From the IMG/VR virus record IMGVR_UViG_2529292977_000015: a DNA stretch of 5,548 bases. One strand, given 5' to 3'. Below, in pieces: positions 5,494 through 5,548 of this stretch (position 1 is its first letter; each line of letters starts with the position of its first letter). The position numbers and the translations under genes are program-made. Source of the DNA: a virus. Taxonomy: Duplodnaviria > Heunggongvirae > Uroviricota > Caudoviricetes. The notes beneath the pieces were generated by a model, which did not search any database, was not told where the DNA came from, and saw nothing but the letters and a program-made list of their open reading frames with translations.

Positions 5494-5548
5494 CTCTCTT
5501 TCACCCCACCAGTCCCGATAACGTCAGGACTCGCCAGGCGGTGGAAAA
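5490..5548 (-). CDS. 3' end of an upstream late gene (partial), possibly endolysin
   Basis: Open frame ...[18 protein letters not shown] with stop TGA at 5490-5492 overlapping the Rz ATG (ATGA). The end loosely resembles the lambda R C-terminus (...EAGGTVREIDV). Assignment rests mostly on synteny. Confidence 0.3.
   Translation of the reverse strand, partial: FHRLASPDVIGTGGVKER

Noticed and set aside
1-5548. Search for tRNA, rRNA and CRISPR arrays
   Set aside because: No cloverleaf-compatible segments and no rRNA-like sequence seen. The only regularly spaced repeats are the three operators and the cos repeats.

Overview
The window spans a junction between two kinds of DNA. From about 2836 to 5548 (late genes on the minus strand) it is a lambdoid, cos-type prophage late region: a partial upstream ORF (probably endolysin C-terminus), the Rz/Rz1 spanin pair with Rz1 embedded out of frame, a small unknown ORF, a cos-like region, a Nu1-like small terminase and an N-terminal ~335-aa fragment of a GpA-family large terminase. 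From 1 to about 2835 it is visibly AT-richer DNA carrying a P4-family tyrosine integrase, an AlpA-family regulator and a Bro-N domain protein on the minus strand, plus a convergent small ribbon-helix-helix ORF on the plus strand behind three near-identical palindromic operators. The large-terminase frame stops exactly at the compositional boundary, so the most likely reading is an integrase-bearing element (satellite or island-like) inserted into the prophage terL gene. No rRNA, tRNA or CRISPR array was found. All homology statements come from reading the translations against remembered protein families; no database search was run.
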